Source: Pseudovirgaria hyperparasitica (lineage: Eukaryota). From it: DNA of 64,000 nucleotides. Below are positions 40,216 to 52,208 of this stretch, in pieces. A model generated the notes under the pieces. The model saw only the letters and a list, made by a program, of their open reading frames with translations, made no database searches and was not told the DNA's origin. How positions within the stretch are numbered: position 1 is the first letter of the stretch; every line of letters starts with the position of its first letter. The stretch lies in the NCBI GenBank assembly GCA_010093815.1, contig ML996573.1; one strand, written 5' to 3'. The translations under genes were made by a program, and so were the position numbers.

Positions 40216-41050
40216 TCACTCCTCTTCCTCTTCCTCATCACCACCGTCCTTCTTCTCCGCAGCCTTGGCCTTCTTTCTGCGCACACGACCGAAGCGGCCG
40301 CCGCCGAATGGCGAAGTAAGTGCGAAGTCAATGTGCTTCTGGGAGTCTAGACGGACGACAAAGGAGGGGACGTTGACGATTTGCTTGCCAACTCTGCAAC
40401 ACATATTAGCTACACAATTTCATCTCTACGCGAACTGCTCGTTGGCGAGCTGGAAGGACATACCGGATGTGCCTCTGGCGGATGAGCACACGGGCATGAT
40501 GAATGGACTTTGCGAGACCAAGCTTGTAGACACAGGTCTGCAGACGACGCTCCAAGAAATCTTCCACCTTAAGGGCGAGCACGTAATCGAGCTTCATGCG
40601 GGATTCGTCGAGGACACCGACACGCACGAGACGACGGATGAGGGCGTTACCTTCGAATAGGCGCTTGGGGTCCTTCTCGTCGAGGGTGAGAAGCTGACTG
40701 CATAAGTTTTGTTAGCGGGCGCATACTTAAATTCGAAGCGTTATTCGACTGGTTATCGTGCGCAGTCGTGCGAACGACGTGAGAGATGAGAGAAAGGAAA
40801 AACGTACCGGGCAGCACGACGGATCTTGGAGAGCTGAAGCATGACACGCCACACCTCGCGCTTGTTTCTCAGACCATATTCACCGACGAGCTTCAATTCC
40901 GTGTCCCTATAAACCCAGCGTTAACCTTTTGTGCCGCGACATGAGTGCAGAGCAAGCTGCGACTCAGTGGCCGGGGATCACATACAGACGAGCCGACTCG
41001 AAAGGACGACGAGGAACCTTGTAGGTCTTTGAATAACTCCTGGGAGCCAT
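40216..41050 (-). CDS. RPS9: 40S ribosomal protein S9 (uS4), 4 exons
   Basis: [90 protein letters not shown]. Confidence 0.97.
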
Positions 41051-41331
41051 TGTCGCTGTGTTGAGGTGTTAGTACTGATCGATGAGAAGTTCGCGAAGTT
41101 CTGATGGGGTGTGGTGGATTTGTCGTGCGCGCTTGCACTCGCTAAGCCCGGAAAAACTGTTTTGCCGCACACACAGAATTGGACCCGGGCCTACCAACAC
41201 CAATGTGTGTACGAGATTTCGACGACAGCAACCATTCTAGAGATTTCGACCAGCTCAACTGTACGCATGCCAACCTAACATCGTGGAAGTAGCTTGCATA
41301 CTGACTGCAGACTAGCTAAGATCATTTCACA
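41051..41331. promoter_or_regulatory. Bidirectional RPS9/RPL21 promoter region, including a probable RPL21 5'-UTR intron (41261..41310)
   Basis: Divergent starts ~280 bp apart. GTACGC...ACTGAC...CAG intron signature. Direct repeat GAGATTTCGAC at 41213 and 41240. Confidence 0.6.
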
Positions 41332-41925
41332 ATGGGTCACTCAGCTGGTCTTCGCGCGGGTACCCGCTATGCTTTCCAGAGAGGCTTCAAGAAGCGCGGT
41401 ACCATTCCTCTATCCACATACCTGCGCCAATACAAGTACGATATCAAGAATTCTCTGCGCCAAACGCACAATTTGCTCACGAACCCAGGGTCGGTGACAT
41501 CGTCGACGTAGTCGCCAACGGTGCCGTACAGAAGGGGTCAGTATTCGCACTAATATAACATAATGATGCGAACTAAAACTCACACACCACACAGCATGCC
41601 ATTCAAGGACTTCCACGGAAAGACTGGTGTAATCTATAACGTCACCCCAACTTCCGTTGGTGTTATCCTCCACAAGCAAGTCGGCAACCGATACATCGAG
41701 AAGCGCGTAAACGTCCGCATCGAGCATGTCCGCAAATCTCGCTCGCGAGAGGAGTTCTTGAACCGCGTGAAGGAGAATGCCGCGAAGAGGAGAGAGGCGA
41801 AAGAGCAGGGCAAGTCGGTGCAGCTTAAGCGCCAACCTGCTATGCCGCGTGAAGCTAGGACTGTGTCGACAAAGGGTAACTGGCCGGAAAGCGTCGTCCC
41901 TGTGCCATACGAGACCACGATTTAG
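41332..41925 (+). CDS. RPL21: 60S ribosomal protein L21 (eL21), 3 coding exons
   Basis: MGHSAGLRAGTRYAFQRGF, YKVGDIVDV, GMPFKDFHGKTGVIYNVT, KRVNVRIEHV, VPVPYETTI*. Confidence 0.97.
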
Positions 41926-42157
41926 GTTGGTTGTATGGGTGGGTCGATGGTGTTACGTGCGTGGGTTATGGGCATTGCGATGTATTTACCATGCGTAAAA
42001 GCGGGATCTTAGATTACCAAGGCTCCGAAAACCAGTTCAACGTATAACCGTCACGGTTTCTACAATACTCTCAGAGGGTGTTGAATTGTTTAGTGGTGCA
42101 ATCTAGGTGTGTTGTATTACTACTTGAATACCCTACCCACCAGAGATCGCTGGTCAA

Positions 42158-43323
42158 TCAGGCTCTCAATACCTGATTTTGTATCTCCTGCCTCACTGCG
42201 TCTCTCTTTCGTAAATTAACCTGGTCCTCTTCAAATCCTGCTGGTGTTTTCTCGGCTACAAACCCCAACACTTTCCATTCTCCAACTTCGTTGTCGTACA
42301 ACTTCTGTTGTAATACAATGTTCTCCTTAGCACTGAAACTGCGGCTGCTTAGTGTTGTTATTGTCCCGTCTAGTTCCCTCCTGAACCGTTTGTATTGTTG
42401 CTTTGTCCGAAGTCGTACAACACACTCACGACACGCCAGGCGTTGTTCGTCAGCCTCGGGGACTGCCAATAAACCAGCGTAATCCGCCACCAGACATGGT
42501 TTCTCGAGAACTTCTGTGACTTCCCAGCTAACCTTCTCTTTGGATTGACGCCTGTTAACAAATTGCTGAAGCGTATAGTAGTTAATGGGTGTAGTAATCT
42601 TTTTAAGCTGTTTCAAGCTTTCAGGAGTGCCTGAAGCAAGGGATTCAAAGTACTGCATGTGCAACTTGACAGCTTTTTGAATCAGCGGGTTTTGATATTT
42701 GTTGTACACTGGCAACAAAGAGGTCCAAGACCAGCCGAGGTCTACAGCCTTTCTTGTGCCTCGTATGCGATCATAGAATGGTATGAGGGACTTGAAAGTC
42801 CAACCGGTGAGATCGCGATATCTCCACCAACAGGTCAATATCCTAAAGAATTATAAGCAGGGTCTTCAATAGAGTTATATCTGCAGAACCGAAACTTTTA
42901 CGTACGAAAATTGGCCCTTAATGCGCTGAATCAAGTATAGTTTCGTAATCGCAAATCTGGCCTTGGGCTGCTGCCACCATGAAGGCAGATCTGATCCTGA
43001 TGGTTTGACGTACATATCTAATGTGAGACGAATGAGCAAGCTTCGCAACTGTAGACACACACCAAGGACTAACCTCCAAAGAAAGGTACGTCGAATGCCA
43101 TTTCTTGATATTGTTGCTGCACACGTGCCTGCTGGCTTTGTATGTCTTCAGTAGTCCTTGGTGAATATCTGGATTCCGGGAAAATTCTCGTGTCGAGCGC
43201 ATTTGCTCTTCCGCTCGATTTTCTTGAGCTGTATCCCCTAGAGACATTCGGTATATAAAGCCATGGACGTGTCTTCAAAGCAGAGCGATTAAGCCAGAGC
43301 GACCGCGGTATTGTGTGCGACAT
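42158..43323 (-). CDS. Tim44-like-domain mitochondrial protein (Mba1/mL45-like), 3 exons
   Basis: Arg/Ser-rich presequence; C-terminal VSWEV...ECVVRLRTKQ...ENIVLQ...EWKVLG pattern typical of the Tim44-like fold. Exon boundaries approximate. Confidence 0.7.
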
Positions 43324-43828
43324 GATGAGAAATGCTCGATAGTTTGAGTAAACGATGGAGGGAACGGTACGCATGCAATTCAAATTCTGGCTCGGGCCAT
43401 CATAGAAGAACGTGGGGTGGTGATGCGCTGTTGTCAACACGGTCAGTCAATCAACTATAAGGTAGAAGACGATGCCCGGATGATAGACATACGAGTAAGG
43501 AAGAACAGTGGATATCACGGCTGCTACTGCACTGCTGTCGATATCTGCGACATCAAATTATGAAACTACGTGACGAGACTGACAGGAGCAGCACACTACA
43601 CCGTATTAAGCTAGCGCAGAACCACGAGGTCACCCATGAACCTCACGACCGTCACACGAAGAAGCCAGCTCGACTCCAACTACGATCTGCACCCGGATTT
43701 CACCAGGCAAAACGCTTCCCTCAATTTTCTTCCCAGTCACGCTTTCGTTCCATTGGGTCTCATGCATCTTCTGAAGTTATACATTTGCTGAAAGCTCTTG
43801 TTCCTTGGAAAGTCAGGTGCATCACCCA

Positions 43829-45339
43829 ATGTCTGGAGAAGGGTCACTGCTGCTAGGGCGCTCTAGGTTCGTTCAAACCGCGGAGCAGCATTGAATATCT
43901 CTGGATTCCTATTCTCTCATTCCGTATATCAAATCCTGTTGGTCTCTTTTGTTGATAGTCGCTCAAGCCTCGCTCCAGCGCTCAGGGTTCCGGCACGGCA
44001 ACGCAATGTCCATGAAGAAAGTACTGAAGAGAACAATAACACGTCGAGCCTGCTACAGCCTCCACCTTCGCCAGACGCCGGGGACCAGGGTCTGCCTAAA
44101 CGTGATTGCAACTATTGCGCATATCTAAAGTTCATATCTAAGATTCTCCCATCTTGCTGCTTTCGAAAGCTTGCCCTGCGGCTTGACCAGCAGTGTTCTG
44201 TCGACAACCTGGCTTCTCCCCTTAGATCACGGCCGCCTTCTCCGCCGCCTTCATATACTCCTCCTGTTTCATCACACGATACTTTACCACACACAATCCT
44301 GGCGGGCATACGTCCACCACTGTCGACAACACAGTCCGCCCCTCCAGCAAATTCTATGAAAAATGCGTCAAGTTCGGCCACCGCAATCGATACATCAACG
44401 TCTGGCCGAGCTGGAAAACGCACTAAATCAGTGTCAGCTCTTCACCCGCAAGTAGCCGTCATTCTAGGGGTGCCTAAAGTCTGGCATGTCTTCCTTCAGG
44501 GTGCTCGTCTCATGGCAATGAGTTATTCTATCACTTGCTGCTACTGGTCTCTACAGATTTTCTTCGACCTCGTTTTTGTCTACAGCACAACTCCACCCAG
44601 GCTCGAATTGCGCGAGACTGAGAATGGGTGGACTCTGGAAAGGCGTCTAGAGGTAGCTTGCGTTCTGCTGGCCGCACTATGGGTCTGTGGCCCCTAATAG
44701 TCTTCTAAGAGCAATGTGGCTGACTTCTGAAAGTGCTCGGCATCTGCGTACCTATCATTCTTCTTCACGGATTGCCTGATGTCTCGATGGTGAGCCTTCA
44801 CACCACATGGCTATCCTTCGCTCACCCCTAGCTTAGGCTCCTGAATTATACTCCGTTTGCGACACTCCTTCGCCTTGGTATGACAGACTTTCTTCTTGGT
44901 TATGTACCCAAGCTCGCTTTGGCACGCCTTGGAGCCTTCAAAGTTCCCTCACGCCTTGTCCCATCATGGATCCTCATCACTCTCGTGAGTTTACTAATTC
45001 ATTACATCTACCTGGTCGTTTGTCCAGCTTGTCTACCACGACTCAAGCTTCGAATGGAATATATTCCTGTGGATGACCGAAGGGTATAGCTTCCTCCAAT
45101 CGAAACCACCGAAAAAGCCTTCAAGTCACATTCATAAAGCAACAAATTGGTATCAAGTCTATTGCAACGAGCTAACTACGACTTCCTAGACCGTTGCTAT
45201 TGCGTATCACCTCACACATGACCTTACAAGCATCAAGCGTGAGACTGAGGCTACTAGGAAGGTTTTGTTATTCGCCATGACTGTTACGTTGTTTGGCTTA
45301 ATCTTGCCGCATCATGTTCCACTTTCATCTGAGCTCTAA
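43829..45339 (+). CDS. EOS1-family membrane protein (N-glycosylation/ER), multi-exon; start uncertain
   Basis: LHPQVAVILGV, LAALW|CSASAYLSFFFTDCLMSRW|LLNYTPFATLLRL. Last exon 45190-45339 reads AYHLTHDLTSIKRET. Confidence 0.75.
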
Positions 45340-45603
45340 GCATGATATTTGGGTTAGCGCCACGTCATTCCAACTCTACGATCCGCTGATTGCTTGCTTA
45401 ATCTGCTACCTACTACCTCTTGACTGTTCGAACTGTTCCATGTTCTGTAAAGCTAGGGTAGCTTTTGTTACTTTACAGTCTCATGTATTAGAGCTAATTG
45501 ATTGAAATAGCTTTTTTGTTTATCTTTTGACTACAACTGTCGCCACAGGCTGTGGTGATGTACCCTTCTATATGACAAACGCCAATGAACACACATTACT
45601 TAC

Positions 45604-46591
45604 TCATTCTGCAGTCAGCTTCACAAATGCTTCCTGGTACTTCTCTCCGGTTTGTCTCACTACGTGGTCGGGCATGGTAACACTTTCTTTTCCTTTTAGC
45701 CCTTCACTCGTGAGCCAATCGCGCAGAAACTGTTTGTCGAAACTAGGCTGTGCGCCACCCGGCTTATACTCGCTCAGTGGCCAAAACCGGGAGCTATCCG
45801 GTGTAAGAACTTCATCTATAAGGACAATCTTGGGTTCTGCGGAGGACGTCTCAGGGGCAGCTGCGAATTCGAACTTGGTATCGGCGATGATAATGCCTTT
45901 GGTGAGTGCATACTCATGAGCTGCAGTATATAGGGCCAAAGATAGCTCTTCGATTGCCTTTGCGTACTCTGCACCCACGATATCTTTTGCTTGGTCCGGG
46001 TGGATGTTTTCGTCTTTGTCGCCTAGTTCCGCCTTGGTGCTGGGCGTCCAAATCGGCTTGTCAAACTTGTCCCCTTCGCGAAGGATTGCACCCCCTGGGC
46101 CAGAGACTTTAATGCCATGCACTGTGCCTCTTGACTTGTATTCGGACCAGGCGGAGCCGGTGATGTATCCTCGCACGATACTCTCAAGAGCAAAAGGCTT
46201 GAGGCGGCGGACTTGCATGCTTCGTTTAGACAGCATAGCTACGGAATCAGGAGAGAGCTTGTATGTGACCGCAGCGGGCAGATCGGAGGCGAGGAAGTGA
46301 GTTTGTAGGCTTGGTTCGACTCGGGATAGGTATGAAAACCAGAAGGATGACATTTGTGTGAGCAGAGCACCCTTCTGGGGGATTCCCTAGTACTACAGTC
46401 AGCATGAAGTCGATCATGTATGCAGTGTAGCTCACATTGCGCATGATCACATCATATGCAGATATGCGGTCGCTGGCAACAAACAGTAGAGTGTGTTCAT
46501 CAATCTCAAAGAGGTCTCTAACTTTCCCTGAAGCAACGCGCTTGAGGGAACCTTGCAGGTCGATTTCCACAAGAGGTACGTTGGATGCCAT
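45604..46591 (-). CDS. ADE1: SAICAR synthetase
   Basis: SGKVRDLF, FVASDRISAYD, ESIVRGYITGS, TPSTKAE, IIADTKFEF, DEVLTPDSSRFW, FDKQFLRDWL. One intron near 46435..46388. Confidence 0.97.
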
Positions 46592-46934
46592 GTTTGTCAG
46601 TAATGCAGGAAGCAAAATTAGATTTCTAGGAAAATTTCTCTCTCTAATATATGCGACAGGCGTAACACATTCCTGTGAAGCTGTTTGCGGAAGTGTTGCG
46701 GGCAAAATAAAATTGTGTCACTCCATCTGCCAGGGCATCCCCGCGCCGCCCGCAATGAATCGATAAGTTAGCCTGGGCCTAGCCTGGGAGCTCCATGCAC
46801 TAGGCGACAACGACACCTCTTCTTCCACACTTCACTCACCCAACACACACGGGAAATACTCACCAATCTCCAGACAATAACGCTTCACTCCTCTCTGTAT
46901 ACTCTGCTCTGGTATACTGTTAGCTGTCGCAGCC

Positions 46935-48707
46935 ATGTCTGACGATGACTTCATGCAAGATTCCGACCAAGAGGAGTAAGCTCGTCCATTTCCGATACGT
47001 CACCCAGATATGCTAAAACATGCACAGCTATGATTTCGAGTATGAGGACGATGATGACGAACAAGGTGGCGATGTGAATATCGAGAACAAATACTACAAC
47101 GCGAAACAGTTGAAAGGCGACAACCCGGAGGAAGCCATAGACGAGTTCCTGGGCATACCTGCGCTGGAAGAAGAGAAAGGAGACTGGTTCGTGTGACTCT
47201 GGGTTGAGGGATTCATGCAGGGCTAACCTCAATGCATAGGGGCTTCAAAGGTCTCAAACAGGCTATCAAGTTGGAGTTCAAGCTAAAGCGTTACGCAAAA
47301 GTCGGCAAATATGCACTTGATACCCCATACACACTCGCTGACAGTTCTAGGCTGCAGAACATTACCAGGAGCTTCTTACCTACGTCAAATCGGCTGTCAC
47401 GAGAAATTATTCGGAAAAGTCGATAAATAGCATGCTTGATTTCATTGAGAAGGCTGCCGAAGACGACGAGGCGCACCAGTGCATGGAGAAATTCTATGCG
47501 CTGACATTAGAATCGTTTCAGAGCACCAACAACGAGCGCTTGTGGCTGAAAACGAACATCAAGCTAGCAAAGCTTTGGTTGGAGCGTAGAGAATACCGAC
47601 TACTAGCAGACAAGGTTCGAGAGCTGCACAAGACATGCCAACGGGAAGATGGGTCAGACGATCCAAGCAAAGGGACCTACTCGTTAGAGATATACTCCCT
47701 GGAAATTCTCATGTATGCGGAGACAAGGAATAACAAAAGGCTCAAGGTAAGTGGGTCCGACCAGATACCAGGCTGGCGGGAATGTTAACGAGCTGCAAGG
47801 CTCTCTACAACAGGGCATTGAGTGTCAAGTCCGCCGTTCCACACCCGAAGATTATGGGAATTATTCGGGAGTGCGGCGGTAAGATGCACATGAGCGAAGG
47901 TAGGCTTACGCCAAAACGCTTCCTCAGACACGGTCCTAATGTGAGCCAGAGAACTGGAAAGGGGCGCAGAGCGACTTCTTTGAAAGCTTCCGGAACTATG
48001 ACGAAGCGGGCTCACTACAGCGTATCCAAGTGCTGAAATACCTCGTACTAACGACCATGCTGATGGGGTCTGACATCAACCCGTTCGACTCACAGGAGAC
48101 CAAACCTTACAAGAACGATCCTCGCATATCAGCAATGACAGACCTTGTAGACGCGTACCAGCGCGACGACATACACAACTACGAGAAGGTTTTACAGAAC
48201 AACAAGGATCTATTAGCCGACCCGTTCATCGCCGAGAACATAGATGAAGTGACGCGGAATATGCGAACTAAGGCAGCTCTCAAACTCGTCGCGCCGTACA
48301 CCCGGTTCACGCTAGAGTTCATCTCAAAGCAACTCAAGATCTCGCTAATAGAGGTGCAAGACATAATCAGCTTCCTGATTGTGGACGGCAAGCTGAATGG
48401 GAAAATCAACCAGCACAAAGGTACAGTGGAGATCGAGAACGGAGTTGATACGCAGAGGATACGCGCGCTAGAAGGGTGGACGTCAGCCATCACGGCGCTG
48501 AATTCCGCTGTTCTGAATGACGGAGACGGTTTCAAGCCCGATGACTCCTCGTCGTCATATTCAGGGGCGCGAGAGGTGGGACAAGCAGGCACGTCGGACG
48601 ACTTTGGACTGCGAGGAGGCAAGTCGGGCGGAACGCTTGGGAAAGTCAAGAGTGGAGGAAAGCACAAAGGGCAGTCCGGAAGGGGCCCGGGAAATGGGTT
48701 CAGGTGA
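46935..48707 (+). CDS. CSN2: COP9 signalosome subunit 2 (PCI domain), multi-exon
   Basis: MSDDDFMQDSD, ENKYYNAK, WGFKGLKQ, AVTRNYSEKSINSMLD, NERLWLKTNIKLAKL, SAVPHPKIMGIIRECGGKMHM, INPFDSQETKPYKNDP. Confidence 0.95.
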
Positions 48708-51700
48708 CGAGTTGATACGTGGACGCCCAAAACATGTGGAGGGTGGAAAGGGACCACTAGGAAAGGGCGCCGATGGAAGAGCAGAAGGGACGGAACAGCA
48801 TTGTGGCACCGGAGCCAATCAAAAGCGTGTCTAGGAGAGGTGTATCTTGGAATACGTCAAGCCTGGATCGATTGGGCGCCTGTGGTGCAGGGCAAGGTTG
48901 TGCAACGCCCTCCAGGCAAGACCTTCCCGAATAGACCAGCTGTGTACGCTCAGTCTTTTCTCGCGACACAGTCGCCGGTTTGTGTCGGGTAGCACGGTCG
49001 GATAGACTGCGAGCATCCCGGACGCGACGTTCGTAGCAAAGATAGCTTGGGTGCACAGTACACGGATATCCTTGATGACAGGCGGTTGGAGCATATGCAG
49101 ATTCCCGTGGCCGTGCTCCCTCGAATTGAAAGTGTTCACGCGATATGTGGCGTCTGCGTATCTGCACGTTGCAGCGTCTCGTAAGATGGTTGCTAGGTCG
49201 CAAGGCTATTATTATTGAGCAGTCCTGGCATGGTGTCGAGTAGAAATGATGACTGGTTTCCAGCATAGTGGTTTGGAGCGCGTCATGCAAGCTTTGTGAT
49301 GAGGGCATGCCCGGGCCGGAAGAGCCACTGGCAGCGCAGCGGATCCAGCGGGATGTAGGGACCCCCAGCTGCCTAGGACCGCCCCGAAACCGCGAACAGC
49401 GTACATCCTGGATAGAATGAGTGGTTCGGCGGGAGCGTCATGGTTCTCGTGCGTGCGTCTGGCTGATCTTCGCCGATTGCCGGAGAGCCACAAGTTTTAC
49501 CTCGAGTGCAGCAGAGTGGTGGCGAAAGGGGGGAGGGGGAGGGGGAGGGGGAGGGTGGAGGATGGAGGATGGAGGAGACAGGGAGTGTGTCGCGCCGATG
49601 AATATCCTGGCGGGCATGTGGAGTTTGTACCTCGCTGTGCTCACGGCGACAAACATAGCAACGCAACGGGTCGCAAAGCCCTGGTCAAAGGAACACTTGA
49701 CGTGAAGAGTTTGCACCTGAGCGTGGATGCGTGGACGAGTGGCTGCTTGTCTCTGTCCAGCACGCACGCTGTGTCGCGCGGTGCTACGCTCGGCAATCGA
49801 GAATCGTTGAGAGGCGTGCGTAGTGGAAGAGATCTCTGGCTGTGCAGAGTCAGACAGCAGACACTAATTAGACACGGTACAGCAGAGACCAGATACTAGA
49901 GACCAGATAGCAGACAGACATACGACGAGCATTTGGATTGCATATTCTGTTTGAGGCGTGCTGACCGCTGGCCAATGACGGCGGCTGAGTCTGACTGCAT
50001 ATCCGGATATTCCTTCTTCAATTCTGAGGTTGACTGATGCATGCTAATGGATCCATACCTAGCCTATCCTCCTCGGCCTTATTTACCCCACGACTTTGAA
50101 CGAAGGATGGGCAAACGGTTATCCCACACTTGTTGATTGCTGGTAGACTGACTGCGCTAAAAAAAATGGAAGGCTACCATGAGATGAGAGTCCCATCGTT
50201 ATCTTCTTTGGAAAGCATTTAATTAGCCTGCCAAGGACCGTGGGTAGATTTAAGGCATGCAGGCCATGTCATGCCACATTCACAAGCTTTGAGTGAAGCT
50301 CGTTGCGACATGGAGTGAGATATAATATTATGCGCATACTAAGTAGTCCATAGTATAGTCGCAAAGTACTATTATGGAATGGATGGTCGAATGATTACAG
50401 CGCTGGACTGAAGTAATTAGTAGTATCGGGTAAACAAAGGGAATGGGAATGCCGGGTGGGGCCAGGGTCCCGCCATTGTGCCTGGTCTCCCTCCCGTACT
50501 TCTCCCGTTTTCCCGTTCCCCGTTCCCCGTTTCCCGTGTCTCCGGCGACGTTTTAACTTTGAATGATGGCGGGACTATGTATGTAATTAGGAGAGGAGAA
50601 TTGGGGCGTCTGGCATGAGCATGAGATGATCCCGCACCCGTCAGCCGAGTGCGGGCGTATCCGGTGCTTACTAGTGTAAGAGCGTCGCGCTATGGTCAAG
50701 GAAATTCCTCCGATTGCTCGACCATTTTCCTGTGCGCTGGCAAGCCTGCAGCTCCATGACTGGGGGTGCTGTGGGGAACGACCTGGAAAAAGCTTGCGTT
50801 CTGCAGTGCAGTTGGATTAGTGTGCAGAAGGGGGAAGAGGACCATTCACTCTGAGCTTGTGTGGGCGCGGCATTGAGGGATGGATTGTTTGGTGCCTTAG
50901 TCTTAGTATCACGGACAGATGGCTAGTATCACTCGCACATACGATACATGCTGGATGCGTGTCGACGTCAGTAATACCGTCAGAAGAAGGCTCCATGGAT
51001 GCAATACGAGCTGGCATTGCTCCAACTTCGGTACTCCTGCATCTTTCACTTTCTCACTCTAAACTCTCTTGTCTTTCTCACTCACTCTCGCTTTCACTCG
51101 CACTCACTCTCCGCCTCACTCTCTATCTCTCACATCTGCCCGGCGGCGGACCAAGGACCAAGCAATTGTCCGCAATCGTTCCACACGAACACCTAAGCAA
51201 ACCCACTCACGGTCACGGTCACGGTCACGGTCACGGCTGTGGTTACGTGACCTTTGCTGCCAAAAAAATCTCCAGGTCGCACCCAGCTCCACGGCCGCCC
51301 CACAGGTGGTCGACTGCATGAGCGGCAAGTCTAGCGATGCTGAAAGACGATTTGTCGCCGTCCTCGTGAGCATTGAGAACTGGAGTTCAGGTGCAACGAA
51401 GGCCTCGCCGTTTCGAAACCAGCGGGCTCTGCGGCGCCCAAGAGGTGTAGCAGAACGGATTCGTACCTGAGAGCCTCTTATTGAAGACTCCACACCTCAA
51501 ATCCCCAAGCCCGGGTGCTGGAGCAAGCCCTCGCGTTAGGTGTATTGGTGGTGTGCTGGGATGGAAAGGGGGGGCGTGTGTTGTTGCACGAGAGCACGAA
51601 GACGACATTCTCATCTCTTCCCACGGACGTGGTTCTTCACATACTAAAGTCGGCCCTTCATCTCTCTCGCTCCATGGATGATCGAGGTGAGCTACAGAAG

Positions 51701-52208
51701 TCCTGCTGCTGCCCTCTACCCGGTTCCTGTCGTGTACCTGCAAGAAATTGAGAGACCAGACCACTGAACGGTCTGCAGTCTGGTTGCTTGCTTGCGTGCG
51801 TGGTGGTTGCTTTAGCTGCCTTCTTTTGCCAGCAGATCCCGTTTCTCAGAGACAGATTATCATTGTCTTCGTCTTGGGATCCTCATCCTCGTCGGCCTCC
51901 TTGCTTGTCCCTAACTCCCACCACCTCGTCATCTAGCTTCATCCTCGTCGGCCCTGTCCCTGCAAGCACGTAGAGACGCTGCACGCGAGTGGACTTGTCA
52001 ACGCAACTCGACTGCTACTTATCATCGCAGATCGCCGTTTGTCGTCCTGGGTGTCGGAATCTTGGATCCAGAACATCGTGTGTGTGTGTGTGTGCGCCGC
52101 GTGTGGTTGCGAACAGCCCGACGACTGACCGGGTTGGGCTTTGATAGATCGATTATACGGAACGAAGCACACAATAACAACAACAACACCAACACACATA
52201 CATACACA

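Noticed and set aside
50655..50725. tRNA-like appearance
   Set aside because: No T-loop GTTCRA consensus and no consistent cloverleaf. No tRNA or rRNA gene was recognised anywhere in the window.
48757..52060. Multiple 100-180 aa ORFs between CSN2 and otubain
   Set aside because: Low complexity, non-ATG starts, no domains. More likely UTR or promoter DNA.
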